Below, one piece after another: positions 8,726 through 15,047 of a DNA stretch of 34,954 nucleotides (its first letter is position 1; each line of letters starts with the position of its first letter). The position numbers and the translations under genes are program-made. Under the pieces are notes generated by a model. It was given only the letters and a program-made list of their open reading frames with translations. It had not been told where the DNA came from and ran no database searches. Source of the stretch: a virus; IMG/VR virus record IMGVR_UViG_3300012664_000082; one strand, 5' to 3'.

Positions 8726-8911
8726 TCAAGAATCAACAACTTTTTCTTTACATTCGCAACAAATCCACCTTTGGTTAAGCCCATTGTTGAATTTCTGCAT
8801 AAATCCTGTGTGCTTTGGCTTCTTGATCCGACAGTTATCACACAGCCTTCTCTCTTGATAGCTTCCTGTTAAGCTCTTTGTTAATTCTTGTTCTGGCTTC
8901 TTGTAGGTCAT
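8726..8911 (-). CDS. Zn-ribbon protein (CxxC-x21-CxxC)
   Basis: 61 aa: ...RRLCDNCRIKKPKH...QRWICCECKEKVVDS. It overlaps the 3' end of the Q-like ORF by 74 nt in another frame. Confidence 0.5.
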   Translation of the reverse strand: MTYKKPEQELTKSLTGSYQERRLCDNCRIKKPKHTGFMQKFNNGLNQRWICCECKEKVVDS

Positions 8912-9224
8912 TCTCTAATTTCTTTACATTGATTCTAAGGTAGTTAGCGATAGAATGGTTACTCTGGTATGGGTGGCTTACATAAAATGCCTTTAAAGCC
9001 CTTCTATGGTGTTCTGGTAGGTCTTTCATACAAGACTCTACTAGCTCTCCATCCTTCCAGTCAATACTCGGCATATCAGGGTAATCTTCTTCCATGACAT
9101 TGCCTAGCTCTGGGTTGTAGTTCTTTTCAAAAGAGCGACAGGTAGAAGGCTGCTTTGGAGATGGATCTTCTAGCCATAGTGTTACATAGTATGACCAGTT
9201 GAGTAATCTCTCATGGATATTCAC
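8838..9224 (-). CDS. Q-like late-gene antiterminator / sigma-region-4-like regulator (putative)
   Basis: 128 aa with a GTG start in a GTGA overlap. HERLLNWSYYV ... DYPDMPSIDWKDGELVESCMKDLPEHHRRALKAFYVSHPYQSNHSIANYLRINVKKLENDLQEARTRI follows the layout I recall for phage-82-type Q proteins (W..W, DDxxALxVDxxV, xxLLxxYYxxxxSxRxIAxxLxxSxxxVRxxLxxAE). It lies just upstream of a gap plus terminator. Confidence 0.5.
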   Translation of the reverse strand: MNIHERLLNWSYYVTLWLEDPSPKQPSTCRSFEKNYNPELGNVMEEDYPDMPSIDWKDGELVESCMKDLPEHHRRALKAFYVSHPYQSNHSIANYLRINVKKLENDLQEARTRINKELNRKLSREKAV

Positions 9225-9910
9225 TTAAAGAACTCCTTGCTAAATTCTGGCATATTGCTGTCTATCCAAGACTTTGCATCTAAATGGTTTTTATTGTTAT
9301 CCATGCCTATAGTCTGTGATCCAACATGGTGGACATAACTTCTAGATATAAAGTTTTGGTATCCCATTGATAACATTTCTAAGCATTGAATGTCATCACT
9401 ATACCAATTAATAGGTTTGAAATCTACCCAAGCATCCTTAGAGATATAGGCAAATAGTGGTGAGATGACTTCTACCTCATTAATGCAATATTCCTCTTTG
9501 TATTTATCCCCATGCCTCTCTGTACCAAACCTGATATTTTGGGCTTCTCTAACATAGTCTGAGCGACTTGCTACCCATCCTAGCTTGGGACTAGCATCAA
9601 TTCTAGATAGGTGGTCTTTGAGTCTTTTTATATCCTGATCTAGCAATAGGTAGGAGTGTGGTGTTAAAACAATATCGTCATTAGCCACAATAATCTCATC
9701 ATGCTCTTTAAATGCCTCTGCAACTACTGCATTATATGAGTCACCAAAGTTATCAAAGTCATTCGGTAGTGTGATTGTTCTGTGGTTAGAAAGAATATGG
9801 TCATAACCTGCTGTGTAGATGACTACATCATCTGGTACATACTGATTAATCGACTCTAGGAAAACTGGCAGACATCTTCCTGTCTTGGTTGCAATAACTA
9901 TTGCTTGCAT
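9221..9910 (-). CDS. GT-A fold glycosyltransferase (family-2-like), putative
   Basis: 229 aa. N-terminal Rossmann-like strand IVIATKTG, FGDSYNAVVAEA, then the DxD-like IIVANDDIVL. Confidence 0.5.
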   Translation of the reverse strand: MQAIVIATKTGRCLPVFLESINQYVPDDVVIYTAGYDHILSNHRTITLPNDFDNFGDSYNAVVAEAFKEHDEIIVANDDIVLTPHSYLLLDQDIKRLKDHLSRIDASPKLGWVASRSDYVREAQNIRFGTERHGDKYKEEYCINEVEVISPLFAYISKDAWVDFKPINWYSDDIQCLEMLSMGYQNFISRSYVHHVGSQTIGMDNNKNHLDAKSWIDSNMPEFSKEFFK

Positions 9911-10167
9911 AATAATTCCTCTGTTTGTGCTAACAAATCTTCTTCGGTCAATCCATACTTCTTTTCAAATGCTTTTCTACCAAGTCCATGAACCCCCTCA
10001 AATCTATGGTGGAATGGGCAGAGTCCGATAACTGGTGCTGTGTCTCTTTTCCCTGCTCGTCTAATATGATGGATTTCACAAGGGGTTTCTCCAAGTTCGA
10101 GATGTCTACATAATATGCACCCAAGTCTGGCAACTTTGTCATAGTGTTCTTTCTGTGCTTTAGTCAA
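9898..10167 (-). CDS. Ref-family / HNH recombination-enhancement-type nuclease
   Basis: 89 aa, TTG start overlapping the upstream stop. LGCILCRH...PCEIHHIRRAGKRDTAPVIGLCPFHHRFEGVHGLGRKAFEKKYG matches the Cys/His pattern of P1 Ref-like HNH proteins. Confidence 0.6.
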   Translation of the reverse strand: MTKAQKEHYDKVARLGCILCRHLELGETPCEIHHIRRAGKRDTAPVIGLCPFHHRFEGVHGLGRKAFEKKYGLTEEDLLAQTEELLCKQ

Positions 10168-10597
10168 GGTTCAAAGTCCTGTATTTAACCCCATCATTCC
10201 ATTGCTTATCTGTGGCTTGTTGGTACAATTCAATCACTTGGTCAGGGGTTCTGAAGGTAGGAGTATTTTGCCCAGAAAAACAAAAGGCATACCAAAGAGG
10301 ACATTCTCTGTTGTGATACCACTCAATAAACTGAGGAATCATGGCTATCTCAGATGCCTTGATATTTGCAGTACCTTTGACACTAACCAATCTTGTGCCT
10401 TTGTTACTACAAACGATATAGTCAGGCAGATTCCTAACAAGAGGACTAATGGTATAAAAATTAGGAATAGGATCTTTCTTTTCATCAAAGCCAAGCCTTC
10501 TAAAAAATACCTGTTTACTTTCACAGTATTGCTCAAATAACTCCTCACCTAGATTTCTTCCAGAGTTTCTCTGAGTATAGGAGTTATTGCCATTCAT
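10160..10597 (-). CDS. PD-(D/E)xK-like protein (T7 endonuclease I-like layout), putative
   Basis: 145 aa. SGRNLGEELFEQYCESKQVFF ... LPDYIVCSNKGTRLVSVKG parallels the SGLE...PDF...VETKG pattern of endonuclease I. However, Ser replaces the second acidic residue, so activity is uncertain. Confidence 0.35.
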   Translation of the reverse strand: MNGNNSYTQRNSGRNLGEELFEQYCESKQVFFRRLGFDEKKDPIPNFYTISPLVRNLPDYIVCSNKGTRLVSVKGTANIKASEIAMIPQFIEWYHNRECPLWYAFCFSGQNTPTFRTPDQVIELYQQATDKQWNDGVKYRTLNLD

Positions 10598-10923
10598 CTT
10601 GTAGCTCGATCCTGATTTCTGTTAGATGCCTCTGTAGTGCGCCAGATCTCAGCTCTTAGCTTTGCAGCCTCTAGAAAGTATTTGAGCTTTTCTTCCTCTA
10701 GCATAGCTACCTTGATTCCCTCAACAATAACCAAGTAGTCAGGATGAGCCAAAGCATAATGCTCTGCTCTAGTGATTGTGCTTTCATTGCACCTGATAAC
10801 TAAATCAGCCTTCTTTACTTTCAAGAAGTTTTCTAGGTAAACCCTTTGACTTTTAGCCTCGGCATACTTTGGTGCATTTTCAATAATGAAACTAACAGCC
10901 TTGTTAGGATCTATAGTTGTCAT
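10594..10923 (-). CDS. hypothetical protein
   Basis: I prefer ATG at 10923 because it forms an ATGA overlap with the upstream stop. The longer ATG at 10950 is possible. Helical, and ends ...AEIWRTTEASNRNQDRATR. Confidence 0.55.
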   Translation of the reverse strand: MTTIDPNKAVSFIIENAPKYAEAKSQRVYLENFLKVKKADLVIRCNESTITRAEHYALAHPDYLVIVEGIKVAMLEEEKLKYFLEAAKLRAEIWRTTEASNRNQDRATR

Positions 10924-11129
10924 GCTTTGGTTGATTTGTTCTTTTTCCATAATTCAGTTAATCCTTCCTTTAGTTTGTCTAGGGCTACAACACCCCTCTT
11001 TTCTAAAACTTTACCTAAATATTTTCTTCTATTTAATAAATCCATATTTTGTATAAATCTCAGCTCACAATCAAATCTATGTTGTTCAGAATAAGAGTTG
11101 TTGAGTTGCAACTTTTGATCCTGAGTCAT
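10920..11129 (-). CDS. hypothetical protein
   Basis: I prefer ATG at 11129, downstream of an AAGGAG. The ORF-track start at 11162 is a TTG. It overlaps the end of the Mom-like gene by 44 nt. Confidence 0.5.
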   Translation of the reverse strand: MTQDQKLQLNNSYSEQHRFDCELRFIQNMDLLNRRKYLGKVLEKRGVVALDKLKEGLTELWKKNKSTKA

Positions 11130-11739
11130 ATTTATTACTGTCTCCTTTTGGGTATGGCTCAATCTTATAAAGTAATTTTGCCATCATTATTTTTTTATCT
11201 GTTTTTGTTCCATGAAAATAAATGTAACGGTGCTTTCTTGATCGCTCTGTGTAATAAAAGTCATCACCATACTTTTCTTTAATTGACTCTAAAGTCATAC
11301 CATCAGATAGAGTTTTACTATGCTTATGCTCTAAACCTTTAACAGTCCAATCAACTCTATTTGCTGATAATCCTGTGTATAAAAAATTTGTTGCTTGATA
11401 AACATATCCAATATGACCTTGCCCAGTATCTGCATAAGATACAACAATGCTAGGTTTTGGCAATAACTTTATCGAATTAGCAACTAAAAAACTAGCTTGA
11501 TTTTTACTGTTATCTTGCAAACAAACACGATTTAACTCAAGAACTTTGCTTGAGTATTCTTTTCCACAAATTCCCATACAAAGACTTGGGCTAGCTGGTA
11601 TTCCATAAGTTACAACACCAACTAAATTATTTTCTTCATACAAACCAAAAGCAAACATAATCTGAGGAATTCTTTTTGCATAGTGTTTATGCAATAACCA
11701 ATTATAAGTTTCTTCAGATTTTATCGGCAACACCTTCAT
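11086..11739 (-). CDS. Mom-family (GNAT-fold) DNA base-modification enzyme candidate
   Basis: 217 aa. WLLHKHYAKRIPQIMFAFGLYEENNLVGVVTYGIPASPSLC...VLELNRVCL...ASFLVANSIKLLPKPSIVVSYADTGQGHIGYVYQATNFLYTG...ERSRKHRYIYF. This matches the conserved blocks I recall for proteins annotated as Mom family adenine methylcarbamoylation protein. The gene is markedly AT-rich. Confidence 0.55.
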   Translation of the reverse strand: MKVLPIKSEETYNWLLHKHYAKRIPQIMFAFGLYEENNLVGVVTYGIPASPSLCMGICGKEYSSKVLELNRVCLQDNSKNQASFLVANSIKLLPKPSIVVSYADTGQGHIGYVYQATNFLYTGLSANRVDWTVKGLEHKHSKTLSDGMTLESIKEKYGDDFYYTERSRKHRYIYFHGTKTDKKIMMAKLLYKIEPYPKGDSNKYDSGSKVATQQLLF

Positions 11740-12482
11740 TGCATTGCTTTCTTTGCCATAACTTGCAAAATCTTGTCTTTTAACTGAAAGTGGTTTGCTA
11801 CTCCATAGTCGCTAACACCTAATTCTCTTGCTTTAGCTTCTATACCTTCATTACTAAACATCCAAGACTTATCATCCGCTTTTTTGCTTACAGGATTCTG
11901 ACTATTAGCCCACTCGGCTTTAAAACCTACCCAATTTCTTTCACAACAAAGTTGCATGACATCCTGTAAAGACATCTTGGCTTTATCAGCTTCCCTTTGC
12001 AATCCTTTTAAAGCAGTCTGAGTCCATTTAGCTTTCTTTGCTTTTCTGACTTCTAAATAATCTTTAAAAATAGATTCAGATACTCCATCAGGAGCTGTAT
12101 CTTTTATATGGTTCTTGGTTAATGGTTCTTGGTTCTTGGTTTGCATTGGGGGGTGTTTAGGGGGGGTATCGCTACCCTTTCCCCATCTTAAAGCTGCACC
12201 TTTGCGACCCCCTTCTTGCATAGCTTTATATTTGGCTATTTCTTCATCAGCTCGCTTATTTTTCCATCCTTCTGGAGTTTCTTCAAAAAACTCGACAAGT
12301 ATAGTAGCAACAATTTCTTCTGTAGATTTAACTCTTTTAGCAAGCCAAGCCAAGTTTCTTGTAAATGGTTGCTCTGTTTGATAATAAAGATCAATCAGCC
12401 TTCTATAAGCTAAATCTTCTTCATTACTAAGATGGTTAGTGTGGGATAAATAATCCCCAATATGGAATGGATAAAAATTCAT
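11736..12482 (-). CDS. DUF1376 (YdaU-like) replication-associated protein
   Basis: 248 aa. The N-terminus FYPFHIGDYLSHTNHLSNEEDLAYRRLIDLYYQTEQPF is the DUF1376 signature. A Pro/Lys linker is encoded by G6 and G7 runs, followed by a C-terminal helical domain. Confidence 0.75.
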   Translation of the reverse strand: MNFYPFHIGDYLSHTNHLSNEEDLAYRRLIDLYYQTEQPFTRNLAWLAKRVKSTEEIVATILVEFFEETPEGWKNKRADEEIAKYKAMQEGGRKGAALRWGKGSDTPPKHPPMQTKNQEPLTKNHIKDTAPDGVSESIFKDYLEVRKAKKAKWTQTALKGLQREADKAKMSLQDVMQLCCERNWVGFKAEWANSQNPVSKKADDKSWMFSNEGIEAKARELGVSDYGVANHFQLKDKILQVMAKKAMQ

Positions 12483-12577
12483 TTTGTTCCCTAGTCAAAG
12501 GCAGTCACTAAAAAAAGGTTGGCAGGTCGGTGACTAATCGACTTTTCGGGTAATTTGCCCTAGCCTTCCGATAGAGA
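12483..12577. promoter_or_regulatory. non-coding gap with nested GTCA/TGAC inverted repeats (candidate protein-binding site or origin element)
   Basis: The plus strand reads tAGTCAaaggcAGTCACtaaaaaaaggttggcaggtcgGTGACTaatcGACTtttc. CCCTAG occurs at both edges (12490 and 12559). No ORF in the gap. Confidence 0.3.
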
Positions 12578-12853
12578 TTAAACCATATTTTTTACAAAAT
12601 CAATAGCCTCTTGTGGATTATTTATTCTTACTACTGGAGATCCTTGCCAAGTCTTTTGAAACTCTAGCTGCGCTGGTGTGAATGATGCCTTGTCATCTCG
12701 CTTGACTTCAATAAGGTAGGTCTGACCATTAATGCCAGCCAACAGGTCTGGACATCCTTTGCCGACTTCGTGCAGGTGAAATACAGACATTCCCATAGCT
12801 CTTAGGTGTTCAACTATGGCTTTCTGGTTTATATCAACTCTCTTAGCTTTCAT
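12578..12853 (-). CDS. VRR-NUC domain nuclease
   Basis: 91 aa. GCPDLL...YLIEVKRDD is a PD-(D/E)xK core in the compact VRR-NUC arrangement. First gene of the leftward operon. Confidence 0.7.
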   Translation of the reverse strand: MKAKRVDINQKAIVEHLRAMGMSVFHLHEVGKGCPDLLAGINGQTYLIEVKRDDKASFTPAQLEFQKTWQGSPVVRINNPQEAIDFVKNMV

Positions 12854-12970
12854 TGTTGTTTTTCCGCAACTCAGGGTTTTTCTTACTATTTATTTTTAAA
12901 TTGTAAGTTTATCGTAAGTATTCTAGTCCAATATCACTATTACTGAAGTTCAATTGTTTAAGGAGTTTAT
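12854..12970. promoter_or_regulatory. divergent early promoter/operator region (candidate)
   Basis: This is the only point where transcription diverges. It is an AT-rich 117-nt gap. A candidate plus-strand promoter is TTAAAT (12896)-17 nt-TATTCT (12919). The direct repeat GTAAGT occurs at 12903 and 12914, 11 nt apart. Confidence 0.35.
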
Positions 12971-13051
12971 ATGAAAGTTACTAAGTTAGATATTTTTGGT
13001 GCAGCAGTTTTAGGTGCAGTTATCGGTTCAATGTTTGCTTTGTTTATTTAA
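12971..13051 (+). CDS. 26-aa hydrophobic micro-protein (not in ORF track)
   Basis: AAGGAG lies 5 nt upstream of the ATG. The product MKVTKLDIFGAAVLGAVIGSMFALFI has a single TM-like segment. First ORF of the rightward operon. Confidence 0.5.
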   Translation: MKVTKLDIFGAAVLGAVIGSMFALFI

Positions 13052-13058
13052 GGAGAAG

Positions 13059-13364
13059 ATGATGAGTTATGACAACTATTTATCAGGTCTTTGGGAAGAT
13101 AATTGTGCAAAAGAAAATGAGTATTGTGATGCTTGGCATGAGCAGTATTCATATATCGAAGATTGCTTTAAAACTAACAAGCCTATCTCTTATGGTCAGA
13201 GACAGGTTAGTGCAGATAACTGTGACTTCTATGACTTTGTTGCTAGAGAGCAAGTAGAGATCCTTAGGCTCATGGCAAATAAAGATGATGCTGGTTTACT
13301 CAAAAAGATGAAAGAAATCTATGAGAACAATATGGCTAGTTTGATTGACCTAACTATAGGCTAA
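13059..13364 (+). CDS. acidic early protein, function unknown
   Basis: ATG-ATG at 13059 follows AAGGAG. The ORF-track start at 13014 is a GTG inside the previous micro-ORF. About 20 D/E against about 10 K/R in 101 aa. Confidence 0.6.
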   Translation: MMSYDNYLSGLWEDNCAKENEYCDAWHEQYSYIEDCFKTNKPISYGQRQVSADNCDFYDFVAREQVEILRLMANKDDAGLLKKMKEIYENNMASLIDLTIG

Positions 13365-13366
13365 TT

Positions 13367-13474
13367 ATGATTACCAAATACCGCAGACTAAGAATGTCAG
13401 GATTGTGTAAGTCTACAGCTTTATATTTTTGTTGGCGCAGTTTTTTAAATAGGTTTTTAAGGAGAAATAAATGA
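13367..13474 (+). CDS. possible 35-aa basic micro-protein (not in ORF track)
   Basis: MITKYRRLRMSGLCKSTALYFCWRSFLNRFLRRNK. It starts 2 nt after the previous stop and ends in an ATGA overlap with the annealase start. No clear Shine-Dalgarno. Confidence 0.3.
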   Translation: MITKYRRLRMSGLCKSTALYFCWRSFLNRFLRRNK

Positions 13475-14001
13475 GTAAATATGCAGAACTAAGAAAGATT
13501 GATGTCTCAAGCAAGATTGAGAAGAAGAATGGTCTTAGCTATTTGTCATGGGCTTGGGCTTGTGACCAATTGCTACAGCAAGATCCTATGGCTACTTGGT
13601 CTTATGGTCAGCCAGTATTGTTTGGTGAGACTGTGATGGTGTTCTGCACAGTTAATGCTTTTGGCAAGTCTATGACTGCACAGTTACCTGTTATGGACTA
13701 CCGCAATAAAGCAATTCCTAACCCAGATGCTTTTGCAGTAAATACTGCTATGCAAAGATGCCTAGCCAAAGCTATCGCATTGCATGGTATCGGCTTGTAT
13801 ATCTATGCAGGTGAAGATTTGCCACAGGATGATCCTGAGCCTGTAGATGTCAATTCGCTAGTAGAAGCCATTGGTCTTTGTACCGATATGGATCAACTAA
13901 AGACTGCTTTTGCACAGGCTTACAAAGTAGCAAGCAAAGACAAGCAAGCATTGAAACTAATCAATGATGCCAAAGAGTTAAAGAAGAAGGAGTTAGCATG
14001 A
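13471..14001 (+). CDS. Rad52-like single-strand annealing protein (Sak / DUF1071 type)
   Basis: 176 aa. KKNGLSYLSWAWACDQLLQQDP ... LPVMDYRNKAI ... NTAMQRCLAKAIALHGIGLYIYAGEDLP is the hallmark block of this family. Confidence 0.85.
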   Translation: MSKYAELRKIDVSSKIEKKNGLSYLSWAWACDQLLQQDPMATWSYGQPVLFGETVMVFCTVNAFGKSMTAQLPVMDYRNKAIPNPDAFAVNTAMQRCLAKAIALHGIGLYIYAGEDLPQDDPEPVDVNSLVEAIGLCTDMDQLKTAFAQAYKVASKDKQALKLINDAKELKKKELA

Positions 14002-14159
14002 ACCACTTAGACAATATTGATAAACCATATATTCCAGCAGCTAAGACGAATATCTTGGAAACACTCAGAAAACTAGGATGGACACCACCTAGCGAAGATA
14101 AAAGATTTATTGAAAAATGGCAGACTTACAAACACTTAGCATGGAGAAACGAGCAATGA
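13998..14159 (+). CDS. hypothetical 53-aa protein (not in ORF track)
   Basis: MNHLDNIDKPYIPAAKTNILETLRKLGWTPPSEDKRFIEKWQTYKHLAWRNEQ. ATGA overlaps at both its start (with the annealase stop) and its stop (with ATG 14156). Confidence 0.5.
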   Translation: MNHLDNIDKPYIPAAKTNILETLRKLGWTPPSEDKRFIEKWQTYKHLAWRNEQ

Positions 14160-14338
14160 AGATGGATGACCAAAAAGACTACTCAGGTATATGGATCGAT
14201 TTAATGGCAGAAGTAAAGGTATTGCACCACTACTGTCTAGCAGGTGACTGGTCTAGTGCAATCAAGACAGCCAAGAACTGTAGTAAGTATGCAGACGATT
14301 TATCCCTTGTTCTACAAGAGATGTCTGAAGTAAAATGA
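14156..14338 (+). CDS. hypothetical protein
   Basis: In frame with ORF-track 14117..14338. I prefer the start at 14156 because of its ATGA coupling with the preceding micro-ORF. 14117 is the alternative. Confidence 0.5.
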   Translation: MKMDDQKDYSGIWIDLMAEVKVLHHYCLAGDWSSAIKTAKNCSKYADDLSLVLQEMSEVK

Positions 14339-14421
14339 TTACTATAATTCTTGTCCTTTTATTAGGTTTTTTGGTAGGGTTAGCCTTTGTAGGGCTAATC
14401 CTTTGGTTAGGAGATAGATGA
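14335..14421 (+). CDS. 28-aa TM micro-protein (not in ORF track)
   Basis: MITIILVLLLGFLVGLAFVGLILWLGDR. ATGA overlaps on both sides. Confidence 0.5.
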   Translation: MITIILVLLLGFLVGLAFVGLILWLGDR

Positions 14422-15047
14422 TGGAACAAAGAACAGAAGAATGGTTCGCAGCCAGATTAGGCAAAGTAACTGCTAGTAAAGTATCAGCAGTCTTGGCTAA
14501 GAAGGATTCAGCCACTAGATCAGATTACTTGACAGACTTAGTTCTTGAAAGACTTACTGGCAAGCAACAGGAGTTCTACCAGAATGAAGCTATGCAATGG
14601 GGAACAGATACAGAGCCTCAAGCGAGAATGGCTTATGAAGCTCAGACATCTACTCTTGTGGATGAGCTGGGGTTTATTGACCATCCTACCATTGCTAATT
14701 TTGGTTGCTCTCCTGATGGTGTTATTGGAGAAGATGGGCTTATCGAAATTAAGTGTCCTAATTCAAAGACTCATCTTTCTACTCTATTGAGTGGTAAAGC
14801 ACCTACAAAGTATATTCCTCAGATGCAAACTCAAATGGCTGTGATGAACCGCCAATGGTGTGATTTTGTATCTTTTGATCCAAGGCTTCCAGAGGATTTG
14901 CAGTTGTTTGTTGTCCGAGTAAATAGAGACAATGAATATATTGCAAAACTTGAAGAAGAAGTAGTAGTTTTTTTAGATGAAGTAAATGAAACAGTAAATA
15001 AATTGAAAGGTTTAAAAGATGGCAGTCAAGAAACAACTAAAAGCTAA
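14418..15047 (+). CDS. YqaJ / lambda-Exo-type recombination exonuclease
   Basis: 209 aa. EQRTEEWFAARLGKVTASKVSAVL at the N-terminus, with a PD-(D/E)xK core SPDG...GLIEIKCP. Confidence 0.9.
   Translation: MMEQRTEEWFAARLGKVTASKVSAVLAKKDSATRSDYLTDLVLERLTGKQQEFYQNEAMQWGTDTEPQARMAYEAQTSTLVDELGFIDHPTIANFGCSPDGVIGEDGLIEIKCPNSKTHLSTLLSGKAPTKYIPQMQTQMAVMNRQWCDFVSFDPRLPEDLQLFVVRVNRDNEYIAKLEEEVVVFLDEVNETVNKLKGLKDGSQETTKS

Noticed and set aside
9948-10142. 64-aa minus-strand ORF in an alternative frame
   Set aside because: It is fully contained in the Ref-like HNH ORF, which carries a coherent Cys/His motif set.
10202-11282. ORFs 10202..10540 (+), 10345..10548 (-), 10846..11094 (+) and 11049..11282 (+)
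   Set aside because: They are shadow ORFs overlapping the nuclease-like, hypothetical and Mom-like genes. AT-rich DNA gives Leu/Phe/Ile-rich pseudo-membrane sequences.
12148-12166. G6 and G7 homopolymer runs (plus a GGTTCTT x2.5 tandem at 12124..12141) as a possible phase-variation or slippage site
   Set aside because: They encode an in-frame Pro/Lys/Thr linker (DTPPKHPPMQTKNQEPLTKN) of the DUF1376 protein. There is no evidence of alternative frames being useful. I note them only as indel-prone positions for sequencing QC.
12115-12413. Plus-strand ORFs 12115..12381 and 12216..12413
   Set aside because: They are antisense to the DUF1376 gene.
13014-13257. GTG-extended start of the 116-aa ORF (13014) and ORF 13069..13257 (+)
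   Set aside because: The extension overlaps the well-supported 26-aa micro-ORF, whereas ATG 13059 sits behind an AAGGAG. ORF 13069..13257 is an out-of-frame shadow.
14545-15036. ORFs 14545..14790 (+) and 14803..15036 (-)
   Set aside because: They lie inside or antisense to the YqaJ-type exonuclease gene.
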